A stretch of DNA of 64,000 nucleotides. Origin: Folioceros fuciformis (taxonomy: Eukaryota). A model generated the notes under the pieces. The model had not been told where the DNA came from. It did no database searches and worked only from the letters and a program-made list of their open reading frames with translations. Location: assembly GCA_049999805.1 (NCBI GenBank), contig JBNGIO010006303.1:139775-203774 (forward strand), given 5' to 3'. Positions 1 to 11,310 of the stretch are shown here, piece by piece; the first letter of the stretch is position 1; every line of letters begins with the position of its first letter. Position numbers and translations under genes: made by a program.

Positions 1-256
1 GAGTGAGTTTGTGGGCACCGAGAGAGGTGCAGCTGACCGCCGGACAGCGAGGCCTGTCCTACGCCTGATCGAAGCTGGAGGGGAGCCCTCGAATCCATCA
101 TCGAGTTGATCAAGTCTGACCCTCCATCCACAGCAGCAAGGAACCCCATCGCTCCTTCGTGGGAACGAAACCCAATGTCTCAACGATAGTGGGATAAGTG
201 TGGCCACTAAAGGTGGAACCCGTTGGCAATCACTGCCCGGGGTATTGCCTCCACAC

Positions 257-1688
257 AAAGCTGAATGCTCGCTTTGACATGATAGACTCGAGAGAGGCAA
301 GCCATATTCTTGGCATGCGTATTCGTCGAGACAGACAGAATTGTTTGCTTTACTTGTCTCAGACTAAATACATTAACAAGGTGCTTCAACGTTTCAACAT
401 GGAGAAGGGGAAGGTATTGAGTACTCCGTTGCCTCCATATGTGAAACTTTCAAGCAAGGATTGCCCAAGCTCTACGGAGGACAAAGCTGAAATGGAGAAG
501 GTTCCATACTCATCAGCCGCAAGGAGTTTGATATATGCAATGATTGCTACACGTCCGGACATTGCCTTTGCAGTAGGAGTGGTTAGCAGGTTTATGTCAA
601 ACCCTGGCAGGAAGCATTGGGAGGCAATGAAAGGAGTTATGAGGTACTTGAATGGTACAAAAGCTTTGTGCATATGTTTTGGTGGTGAAGATGCATCTGT
701 TGTGGGATATACGGATGCTAATTATGCAGGGGATATGGACAAAAGGAGGTCCACATCAAGTTATGTCTTCATGTGCATTGGAGGGGCAGTCTCATGGCGA
801 TCTCGTTTGCAATCGTGCATAATGCTATCTACCACAGAGGCCGAGTATGTTGCAGCGATTGAGGCTTGCAAGGAAGCCATGTGGCTTGCTCGTTTGGTGG
901 GAGATTTGGGGATCAAGGTTGAGCTGCCAGTGTTGCATTGTGACAGCCAGAGTGCTATCCAATTGGCGAAGAATCTAGTGTTTCATGCGAAGACCAAACA
1001 TGTGGAAGTGAAGTATCACTTGATTCGAGAGGTGTTGGAAGACAAGAGGGTACAGCTTGTGAAAGTTCACACCAATCAGAACCCTGCAGATGTTCTTACC
1101 AAGGGGCTCTCTACGGAGCAATTCACACAAGCTCGGACACTCATGGGCATGAGGTAGACCACTCTCCTATGAAGGTAAATTGGCCTTTAAGTGGGAGGTT
1201 GTAGGGTTATTAAAGCCCAATGTGCTTAGACTAATGTGTTTAGTCTAAGATTAGTGTCTAGTTAAGTACCATTAGTTTAGATTAGCTTAAGCTAATCTGT
1301 AGGAAGCTTCTTGCACAGCTTCCTATGCACTTCTTGTGAAGCTTCCTTGGGAGCTCTTCTAGAGGATATAAATACCCCCTTGAGCTCCCTTGCAATATGT
1401 GAGACATTGTGAGAGTGTGAGACATTGTGAGAGTGTGAGACATTGTGAGAGTGTGAGACCTCTCTTTCTCCTCTCCTCCTTGCTTCTGTAGGGTTATATT
1501 AGGCTAATGTGTTTAGTCTAAGATTAGTGTCTAGTTAATGTGCTTAGACTAATGTGTTTAGTCTAAGATTAGTGTCTAGTTAAGTATCATTAGTTTAGAT
1601 TAGCTTAAGCTAATTTGTAGGAAGCTTCTTGCGCAGCTTCCTGTGAGCTTCTTGTGAAGCTTCCTAGGGAGCTCTTCTAGAGGGTATA
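257..1688 (+). mobile_element. 5'-truncated Ty1/copia element: RT C-terminus and RNase H, PPT and rearranged 3' LTR; same family as element C (52649-57741)
   Basis: ORF ending at 1157 has copia motifs (TRPDIAFAVG, GYTDANYAGD, STTEAEYVA, KTKHVEVKYH, NPADVLTK) and closely matches ~56500-57404. Purine-rich PPT at ~1189-1198; LTR starts TGTAGGG at 1200. Confidence 0.95.
1200..1688 (+). repeat. Two tandem partial LTR copies (1200-1486 and 1487-1688); the first has an 18-bp unit TGTGAGACATTGTGAGAG about 3 times
   Basis: Both copies begin TGTAGGGTTA and match the LTR at 52649-52943; neither reaches the CCTTCA terminus. Confidence 0.9.
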
Positions 1689-2174
1689 CCTGTTTGCATC
1701 CACGACCAGAGCACTAGGCACGCGCAGCCAACAATCAGACCTGTTCCCAATCACGGCCAGAACACCAGGGATGCTGTTGCGTAGCCAACAATCAAACCTG
1801 ACCCTCTGAGGCACCTTAGAAGGCAAGTTAGTGAGATCATCAGCCAGGCACAGCGCATCTCGGTCACTAGATCACACGCACTCATAGAGAGTCGATTAGC
1901 AACCTGTAGCCAATGCACAAATGCTAGCAATTCCTCTCGTGCAACTAGCGATCAGACCCTTGCACAGGTTTGCGACCTCATAAACACACAAAATTGCAAA
2001 ACACAAGCAAGGATTACGGACTTCACCGACAGGCAGACCACTTCGAACATCAGCATTGTGGCTCTCACGAGACAAGTGGAGGCGCTTGCGCACAGCGTCG
2101 CCGCACTACATACAGCCATGGAGAAATCTCCTGACCCAAGATCAGGCAATCCCTGGGCCAGGAAGGCTTGCTAG
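1689..2174 (+). pseudogene. Upstream extra ORF (ORF0) of element A, 5'-truncated, one in-frame TAG at 1782-1784
   Basis: Manual translation PDPLRHLRRQVSEIISQAQRISVTRSHALIESRLATCSQC...DQTLAQVCDLINTQ aligns with the 51230-51763(-) ORF of element B. Not present in the ORF track. Confidence 0.75.
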
Positions 2175-2225
2175 GTGCGGCTGATGTCAAACAGCGGACG
2201 GGGAGGAAGAAACCCTCATCCCCGC

Positions 2226-2262
2226 AACCCTAAATCCTAAACCTTAAACCCTAAAGCCTAAA
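2226..2262 (+). repeat. Five degenerate plant telomere-type CCCTAAA heptamers
   Basis: aaccctaaatcctaaaccttaaaccctaaagcctaaa. Confidence 0.8.
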
Positions 2263-2584
2263 GCTGCGGCAGAGGGACGCATCGGCCTCCGCGCTGGTTC
2301 AATCCTTTGGAAAATCCAAACCCTGCTATCACACCTCCTGAAGATCCCGTGTCCGCACTTGATCCTGCATCACAACTTGAGCACGAAGCCCCTTCTGAGT
2401 CGTCTCAAACTAATTCCACTTTTCGTCCAACTGCTGAGTCTATTTTAAATGCACAATTAGCACAGGACCCTAACAACAACAAGCAGCTGCAGCAGCCCAG
2501 GCTTCATGGTCAGCATGTTTTGCTCAATCTACCCTTGCTTCTCAAACCCTACAAGCCGTCTTAGCATCCCAAGTAGTTCACTCC

Positions 2585-5500
2585 ATGGCCAATCCAAACC
2601 CTGTTGGCACAGTCAACAACACCACCATCAACAATTTGAAGATCGACTTCAAGGAGAGAGACGGATTCTCTGGATCCCAGTTTGACATCTGGGCCGTGCG
2701 AGTCAAGACAATTCTTCAAGAGAATGGTTTGTGGGATGTTGTGACGGGCACCACCCCAAAGCCTGCAGTTGCAGTGACTGCACCAGTAGCTGATCAGGAG
2801 GCGTGGGCCATGAAGGACCTGCGTGCATTGGTGGTGATCCAGGCAGCCTTGGACAAGTCAATGATGCACTACACGCAGGATGTGGAAACCACAAAAGCAG
2901 CTTGGGATGCTCTCACTCAATCCTACCAAGTGGTGAATGGAGCAGCCAACCTAACGGCCACACGACAGTTTTACAATTGCAAGATGCGAGAATGTGACCC
3001 AATTGAGCAACATGTGAGCAAGTTCCAAACACTCCGTTCAAAGCTCACATCAAGTGGAACTCCCACAACGGAAATGCAAGCAGCCACAACCTTGCTTCTT
3101 TCCCTGCCTAACAGCTACCGGACCTTCGTGAGCAACCACAACACGAGGCTTTGCCAGATAGCTTAGGCCACACCTACAGGACAAGTACCAGCTGTGTCCC
3201 TTGCAGATCTAATCGGAGCTTTTCTCGAGGAAGAGTCCTCCAGACAAGCAAACTGAAGTGGACTCTCCCACAAGGGAGAAGCCTCAAACAGAGTACTCTA
3301 CACAAACAAGGGTACTCGACGGCCTCCACCTTGTCAAACCTAGCAAAGGGACATCAGCAAAAGTAAGAAGCCTGCAGCAAGGACGGGAACCAAGAAGAAA
3401 GGACCGTGCAATTGGTGTTTGATACCTAGACACTGGGAGGCAGACTGTCGGAAGAAGAAGGCGGGTGAACCTCGTCAGGTAGCACCTCCAGAATCAAATG
3501 TGGCTCATCGCAAGGTGAACATGTTGCTAGCCGTCTACATGGTAGCAACCCCTCAATACAGGCATTCCTGGTACGTAGACTCTAGAGCTTCCTCACATGT
3601 CTGTCATACTTTCAAAGCCTTTTCAGAGTATAGGAAGATGCCACGAGGTCAAGTCGTGTTGCTTGGAGATGACCGTGGTCTCCCCATAGCTGGCATAGGC
3701 AAGGTCCCTGTACAGCTCATGAATGGCACCTCAATAGGCCTTATTGATGTTTTACACGTCCCAGCAATGGTTAGGAACCTAGTGTCTGTACATTTGCTAG
3801 ACACCCAGCACATCATGTTTGCTGGAGGGGAGTGTAAGGTGCTAGACCCCTCATTAAAGGGCAAGGTCGTCATTCGAGGCACACCTGTCTATAACCTGTA
3901 CAAATTAGACATCACATACAAGTTAGGTGTTCAAGTTGGAACACATATAGCTAATCTAAGTCAGGAGAAGCTAGCTGAGAGAGAGACCCTGTTGTGGCAC
4001 TATCGGCTTGGACATGCCAACTTTGACAAGCTGAAGTCTATGATAGCGAGCAACACTCTACAAGGAAAAATTCATGATGAGGTTTGTGGACAAATAGTTC
4101 TGCGACGCCTGCATGTTTGGGAAGCAGCATCGCCAACCCTACACTGACAAGAACCCAACAAGGGCCACATAGCTGTTAGAGTTGGTGCATACTAACATTT
4201 GTGGCCCCATGTCAATAGCAACTTTCGGGGGAGCCAAATACATGTTGCTGTTCATAGATAATTGGAGTAGGTACACAATGATCTACCTAATCAAGCAAAA
4301 GAGTGATGCTCTAGGGTGCTTCTAGGACTACGTTACCTTTGCTCAAAGGCAAACTGGTAAGCTTCTGAAGACGTTGCGGAGTGACAATGGTGGGGAATTT
4401 TGCTCAAATGCCTTCAATGACTACTACAGCAGTCTCGAGATTGCCAGGCAGCTGACCACACCCTACACTTCGGCACAAAACCCAATTGCGGAGCTCAGCA
4501 ACAGGCACGTTCAGGAGTCCGCTAAATGAATGATGAAGGTGGTAGGCCTATCCAGAGGCTACTGGGGAGAGGCTGCAGCAACAGCAGTGTACCTCCGAAA
4601 CTGTCTACCCACAAAGGCCTTCACTGGAGCTACACCTTTCGAGCGGTGGACATCTTACAAGCCTCGAATCTCACATCTTCGAATATTTGGTGCACCTGCG
4701 TATGCGCACTTATCCGAAGACCAGAGGGTGAAGCTAGATTACAAGGCTCGTAAGTATGTCTTCATGGGGTATACAGAAGGCATAAAAGGGTACAAACTCT
4801 TTGACCCCATCACTCGCACCACAACCCACTGCCATAGTGTTACCTTTCACGAGCAGCTGTTGCTAGCCCCACCTGAGCTTATTCCAGTAGACACAGCGTC
4901 CTCTAGCTACACAGCATCTGAACCACTAGATGAAATTGAACAGGGCACCTTCCAGTCCCTTAGCTTGCCACCTACACCTGTACCTTCACCTCCTGCTACC
5001 GATCCAGAGGAGGAACCAAGCTCATTCCTATCTAACGATGAGGATGAAGCCCCAAAAGCTAAAGAACCTGAACTCGAAGAGCAGGAACCTGAACAGGAGG
5101 TCCCTACACAAAGCCAGCAGCCACCTGAGCCTTCAGCTCCATAGCTTCGAAGGAGCACAAGGAGACACCTCCTCTCCATGTGAGTGGGTAAATCCACCCT
5201 TGAATGCTTCCTCTTTCTTGGTGCAAGAGGATGTTGATCTAGAAGACTTGGATGAGCCACTCTCTTACAAGGAAGCTATTAGCTCGCCCAAAGCAGCAAA
5301 GTGGATTGAGGGCATCAATTCCGAGTACAAGTCCCTCGTAGACAATGGAACATGGGAGCTTGTGGACTTACCAGCAGACGGAAAACCAGTCACATGCAAA
5401 GGGTCTTCAAGAAGAAGCTAAACGCTGATGGAAGTGTCTCTCGTTACAAAGCAAGACAGGTTGCTAGAGGGTATAGCCAAGTGGAAGGCTTGGACTACAC

Positions 5501-6836
5501 CGAAACATTCTCTCTAGTGGGACGTTCCACATCCGTATGGTCCCTGTTTGCTATAACAGCACAACATGATTATGCAATGGAGCATATGGATGTGAAATTT
5601 GCTTTTCTCAATGGTACCTTGAAGGAGACCATCTACATGCGTCAACCGGAGGGCTTCGAAGCCCCTAAACACCCAAACAAAGTGTGTAAGCTCATCAAAA
5701 CTATATATGGGCTTAAGCAATCACCTCGAGCATGGTACAATAGAATAGATACTTATCTAAGGAAGTCAGGAGTCGTGCAAAGCGAGGCTGATTCCAATGT
5801 GTACCTACTGCGAGAGCAAGAGGGTGTAGTGTTTCTTGCCCTCTATGTGGATGATGCAGTGTTGATTGCTAGCAGTCCCAAGCTTATGTCAAAGGTCAAG
5901 GAAATACTTACCTCAGAATTTTCAATGACTGACCCAAGCAAGCTCACATGGTTCTTGGGCATTCAAATAGTCCAGGATCTGAATACACACACTGTGGCAA
6001 TCCATCAAGCACAGCATATTAGTCACATTCTAGCTAGATTTAGAATGGTTGACTGCAAACCTGCACCAACACCAATGGCTGCAGGGGAGAAACTTAGCTT
6101 AGAGCAATCTCCAAAAACAGAGGAAGAAAGGATGCAAATGGACAAAGGCCCCTATAGATCAGCTGTTTGCACTTTAATCTACTGTAGAAATTGGACCCTA
6201 CCAGACTTGTCACATGTAGTGGGAGTCACTTCTCAATTCTTGACATGCTATGGAGCACCCCACTGGACAGCTGTGCAGCGGATTATGCGGTATCTAAAGG
6301 GTACCCCTAGACTTAGACTAATCTATAAGAAGAGGCCAGAAGCACTCACACTTACCTGCTTCTATGATGCTGATTGGGCTTCGGACTCGGACACCCGCAA
6401 GTCAGTTTCAACAAACTGCTTCCTTCTGGGCTCCAATGAGTATGATTCAAATGTCATCTCTTGGTACAGTAAGAAACAACAAGTTGTTGCATTGTCCTCA
6501 ACCGAGGCTGAATATGCAGCAACCGCAACAGCAGCACAGAACATTGTGCAAGTCAGGGAGTTCCTTGCATCACTAGGAGAAGAGCAAGCTGCACCCACAT
6601 TGCTGCTATGTGATAATCAATCAGCTATAGCACTTGCTCATAACCCCATAATGCACGCTAGAACCAAGCACATAGAAATAAAGCATCATTTTATAAGGCA
6701 GGTCATACTTAATGCACAGGCAAACCTGCAGTATGTCCCCACAAATCAGAATGTTGCAGATGTCCTCACTAAAGCCCTAGCTAAGGAAAGGCACTATAGA
6801 TTCTGCAAGGCTATGGGACTAGCAGAATGTCCCTAA
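2585..6836 (+). pseudogene. Copia gag-pol polyprotein of element A, broken by stops and frameshifts
   Basis: gag (FDIWAVRVKTILQENGLW), CNWC..HWEADC knuckle, WYVDS protease site, LWHYRLGH, integrase LRSDNGGEF, RT (YKARQVARG, MDVKFAFLNG, LYVDD), RNase H (DADWA, SSTEAEY, ARTKHIEIKHHFIR). Confidence 0.95.
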
Positions 6837-7062
6837 GTCCTACACCACCCATAGACAACAGAGTGCATGCAAAATTGTTCGTGTAGCTCCTTAAGGACTT
6901 GAGTCTTCACTTGAATCTTCGAGTGGGCATTGCCGTGGTGCATCTACACCAAGGCTCTACAAGGAATGGAGAACATTAGCTCATGGCAGCAAGGGAACAC
7001 AACAAGCAGTGGGAGCAATTCTCACCAACACCTAGCTTACCATAACGTATGATAAGGCGGCC

Positions 7063-7332
7063 CTAGTCTGTGAATTCTGAGCCTGCATACATGAATCTGT
7101 CCATACAGTTGGGGAGCATTCTGTAGGGCGCATCAGGCACAAGGCAAGGGAATCCCTGCAGCGACCCTAATCGAGCGTGAGCTGCCTCCAATTCTGCTTC
7201 AGCAAAACAAAACTTGGCAAGTTCTGCACTCAGTGAATGTGGCCTTTGGCACATGCTCAGTACTAGCGCAAGCACAATACCGATGGCTACACCAAGCAGC
7301 GCAACAATCAAGCTCATAGTTGTGCAATCCAT
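7063..7332 (-). CDS. Antisense small ORF (89 aa from ATG 7332) with hydrophobic N-terminus in the 3' region of element A; the stop is probably premature
   Basis: Homologous to 46487-46804 (ELEAA...VPxAPxRxLPxCxDxFxYAGxEFT). Similarity continues past the TAG (GRLIIRYGK vs GRQFIKYSK). Confidence 0.75.
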   Translation of the reverse strand: MDCTTMSLIVALLGVAIGIVLALVLSMCQRPHSLSAELAKFCFAEAELEAAHARLGSLQGFPCLVPDAPYRMLPNCMDRFMYAGSEFTD

Positions 7333-7417
7333 GAAAGCTGAGCAGCCACATGAAGACCCAAGCGGGAAGATTGAGGATTCAAATGCACAAAATCTACTAA
7401 GTCTGTCTAAGTGGGAG

Positions 7418-7560
7418 TATAGAAATATAAAATTAGGAGTCAATTTTATATTAAATAGCCAGCCTTAGGTTTATTTATTAAATTAGGCAAAAACGTTAAA
7501 GGTATGAAATAGTATGCCTTTTCATACTGTCGTGATCGAACCCTAAGCGACGTGTACACT
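7418..7560 (+). repeat. Partial 3' LTR of element A, starting 5'-TATAG (end approximate)
   Basis: Directly follows the PPT. Shares tttattta..aattaggcaaaaacgtta and gtcgtga blocks with the LTR of element B. Confidence 0.7.
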
Positions 7561-7842
7561 CACGTGAACAGTTGCACCTCCACGGACCTCCACGCACCTG
7601 CCTCAAGGGCAGCCTAGTCACGGCAATCTCAACTTTGTTTTCCTCTACGCCTACCGATTAGCCTGCTTAACTCATATCTACTTCCGCTGGCCTAGCACAG
7701 ATAGTTAGTAACCGTTTCCCAAGTATCCACAGTGCCCTAAAAAGCAAGTCAGCAGGTTAGCTTTTCGTTGTTTCCATAACAAAAACTCTGTTGAAACCCT
7801 AATTGCTTACCTGTTCACCTGTCTAATAATTGATAATAATTT

Positions 7843-9535
7843 TTGATGTCAATGAGGGATTACGTCTTCAACTTCCCTGTGACCCCCCACTTATGTCGTA
7901 GACTAGACACAGAATATGAAGGTATAATCCCCCCTCCACTGAGTCCTTCTTCTAGTCCAGCACCACCTAATACACCTGTTCCACCACCTGTTCCACCACC
8001 TGTTCCACCACCTGTTCCACCTCCTGTGCCTCCCCCTAACCCACCTATACCACCAGTCCAACCTGTCAACATGTCTGCTGCTGGATCAACATCTACATTC
8101 ATAGCAGAGTTGAAAGAAAAGAACAGGTTTAATGGTTCTCGGTATGGAGTGTGGCGTGTTCAGATGATATCAAACCTGTACGCATGAGGAGTATGGGGAG
8201 TAGTGGACGGCAACACTCCAACGCCAGTCTTACCTGCTGCAGGAGCTGCAAGCTCCTCTATTACAACTCCAGTCACACAAGCAGATGTGGATAAATGGAA
8301 CAACCTTAAGAGTGTAGCTGTTGCCATTTTGATTTCTGGACTTGATGAAGTCCTTATTCCTGATGTGGAGTACTTGACCATGGCACATGAAATTTGGAGT
8401 CAGCTTGAAGGCACATATGCTGTCAAGACTATGTTGACCCTATGTGCTGCAAAGCAAGAGTTCTATGCCCTAAGGATGCGAGAAGGAGAGAGTGTGGGTG
8501 TCCACACCAGCAAATTTCGTCACCTTCCACCGCGCCTTAAATAGATGAGCTGCACCATGACTGAAGAGGATGTAGTTGCACAACTATTGCTCAACTTGTC
8601 TGCCTCGTATCAAACATTTGTCTCACTCCAAAATGGCCCTTTATCTACAGCTGGTCAAAGTAGATAAGCAGGTGCACAAGTCAATCTTACTTTGGAGAGT
8701 GTGATTGCTGCACTTTATCAGGAAGAGCATAGCTGACTTCGACACAACTCAGGTGGCTCTGGCAAGATTCGAACAGACAAAGTCCTGTACACCTCACGTC
8801 AGCGCGAAGGCTATGGGAGAGGGCGTGGTAGAGGAGGAAGTAGATTTTCCTCATGTGGTCGACAACAACAGCAAACCTCCACTGGTGGTCCATCTTTGAC
8901 TTCAATGAAGAAACCTGGTAACTGTAACTGGTGCAACACTCCTAGACATTGGGAGAGGGATTGGCATAAAAAGAAGGTTGGAGAACCCCGTCAACCTAAG
9001 CCAAAGGTTCATTCTGTCACCAAAGAGAAAACTTCAAATGAAGGAGGCAAGACTGTAGTTAAAATCTTTACCATCTGTCTCTCTTCATCACCAAGCAACC
9101 CTAGGAGCTAGTATCTCGATTTTGGCGCCACCGTGCATATTTGCAAGGATAAATGACTGTTCAGCAGTTACAAGGAGATTCACTACTCAAATCAGTTTGT
9201 CCTACTTGGAGACGAGAAGAAATCAACCTGTCTCCCTATAATAGGATATGGTACTTGCCATTTTCTCATGACTGATAATTCAATTCTGCATGTCCCATGG
9301 ATACTCCATGTGCCCGATATGGCGAAGAACCTTCTGTCTATCAGGCTTTTGGCCATTCACCACAAACTGGAGTTTCGCTTCTTTGGCTTCACTTGTGAAG
9401 TGTTCAGACGTGCCTCTAGCTCTTGTATCGGCATAGGCATTCCAAATGATGACTTATATCGCTTGGACGTCATATGTGAAGTGTTCTCTAACCCGATTGC
9501 CACATCAGCTACTCATGTTGCTCACCTTCCACCAA
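7843..9535 (+). mobile_element. Degenerate copia gag-protease fragment related to elements A and B, with a 12-bp PPPV-coding repeat at ~7975-8035
   Basis: RFNGSRYGVWRVQM, FYALRMREGESV, CNWCNTPRHWERD.HKKKVGEPRQ, LHVPDMAKNLLSI; several stops; ends abruptly in a repeat tract. Confidence 0.88.
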
Positions 9536-9539
9536 GCGC

Positions 9540-11310
9540 TCGATTCGGTTTTCTGAGCATCCTTATCCTTGGTTCTCCTGTGTTGGCGTCCTTGGCCTCG
9601 GTTCTCTTATCTTGTCGTCCCTATCCTCGATTCTCTTGTGTCGTCGTCCCTATCCTTGATTCTCTTCTCTTATTGTCCCTATCCTCGGTTCTGTTGTGTT
9701 GTCATCCCTATCCTCGGTTCTCTTGTTTTGTTGTCCCTATTCTTGGTTCTCTTCTCTTTTCGTCCCTATCCTCGGTTCTCTTCTCCTGTTGTCCCTGTCC
9801 TCAGTTCTCTTCTCTTGGCAACCCAAGACTTCTCTTGTTTGGGAGTTCATGTCTTCGATTCTCTTGTCTTGATGTCCCTTTTTTCAATTCTCAAGAGTCC
9901 TTGTCCTCGATTCTTTTGTCTTGGTGTCCCCTTCCTCGATTCTCTTGTCTTGGATTCCTTATCCTTGGTTCTCTTGTCTTGTTGTCCCTATCCTCAGTTC
10001 TATCGCCTTGGCATCCTAGAACTTTTCTTTTCTTGGCATCCCTGTCCTCAGTTCTCTTGTGTTGGCGTCCCTATCCTTGGTTGTCTTATGTGAGGACTTC
10101 TCTTGTCTGGGAGTCCCTGTGCTTAGTTCTCTTGTGTTGGTGTATCTTTCCTCGGTTCTCTTCTGTTAGCATCCTAAGGATGCTAACCCAAACGTTAGAA
10201 CAAGGCTTGTTCTCGGTTCTCTTGTGTTGGTGTCTCTTTCCACGGCTCTATTGTGTTTGTGTCCCTGTCCTCAGTTCTCTTCTATTGGCATCTCTTTCCT
10301 GGGTTCTATTGTCCTCATGTCCCAAGACTTCTCTTGTGTTGGCATCCATATCCTTGATTCTATTGTGTTAGGACTTCTCTTGTTTGGGAGTCCCTCTTCC
10401 TCGGTTGTCTTGTCCTAGTGTGCCTTTCCTTGATTCTTTTGTCTTGGCTTCCATGTCCTTATTTTTCTTGTCTTGTCGTCTCTATCCTCGCTTCTATTGC
10501 CTAGGCGTCCTTAGTCTTTTCTTGTCTAGGCGTCCTTGTCCTTAGCTCTATTCCCCTCGTGTCCTAGGACTTTTCTTGTCTCGTCGTTCAATGACTTCTC
10601 TTGCGTTAGTGTCCCCATCCTCGGTTTTCTTGTGTTAGTATCCTTGTTCTCGGTTCTCTTGTGTTGGCGTCCTTGTCCTCGGTTCGCTTGTGTTGGCGTC
10701 TCTTTCCTTGGTTCTCTTGTGTTGGTGTCCCTAGCCTAAGTTCTCTTGTCTTGGTGTCTCTTTCCTCGGTTCTATTGTCTTGGCATCCCAAGACTTCTCT
10801 TGTCTTGGCGTCCATTTCCTCGATTCTCTTGTGTCAGGACTTCTCTTGTTTAGGAGTTGCTGTTCCTCGAGTTCTATTGTCATGGCGTCCCATAACTTCT
10901 CTTGTGTTGGTGTCCCCATCCTTGGTTCTCTTGTGTTATTGTCCCTGTACTCAGTTGTCTTATGTAGTGTCCCAATCCTCGCTTCTGTTGTCTAGGCATC
11001 TCTCTTCTCGGTTCTCTTGTGTTGGTATCCTTGTCCTCGATTCTCCTATGTTGGTGTTCCTATCTTATTTTCTTTGTCTTGGAATCTCAGCATCTCGTGA
11101 CTTTTCTTGTCTCGGCGTCCCAGGACTCCCCATGCCCCGGCATCTTGTCTTGCCATCTCTTTTCTCAGTTCTCTTGTCTTTGCATCCCTTTTTTTTGGTT
11201 CTCTTGTGTGAGGACTTCCCTTGCCTAGGAGTCCTTGTCCTCGGTTCTCTTGTCTTAGGGTCCCTTTCCTTGATTCTTTTGTTTTGGGTTCCTTATCCTT
11301 GGTTCTCTTA
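9540..11310. repeat. Degenerate T/C-rich tandem array, unit about 30 bp (approx. CTCGGTTCTCTTGTGTTGGCGTCCCTATC)
   Basis: Dozens of variant copies of TTCTCTTGT(G/C)TTGG.GTCC with strong strand bias. Confidence 0.9.

Larger units (their letters stand above)
1689..7560 (+). mobile_element. Ty1/copia element A: 5' LTR missing, degenerate gag-pol, two extra ORFs, partial 3' LTR (right end approximate)
   Basis: gag, zinc knuckle, protease, integrase, RT and RNase H lie in copia order. PPT AAGTGGGAG ends at 7417, followed by a TATAG-starting AT-rich sequence resembling the LTR of element B. Confidence 0.92.

Noticed and set aside
1-256. N-terminal part of the 198-1157 ORF and upstream sequence
   Set aside because: Does not match the homologous element C before ~257. 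It is an unrelated, unidentified sequence joined to the RT fragment.
7063-7332. Reading the 3' extra ORF as a Sirevirus env-like gene
   Set aside because: It is antisense and about 100 aa, and the LTRs are short. Sirevirus env-like ORFs are sense and much longer.
9268-11310. Long Leu/Ser/Val/Cys-rich ORFs (367, 174 and 383 aa) that look like membrane proteins
   Set aside because: They arise from an A-poor tandem array that rarely forms stop codons, and several frames are open at once. Only the copia start and LINE end are real coding remnants.
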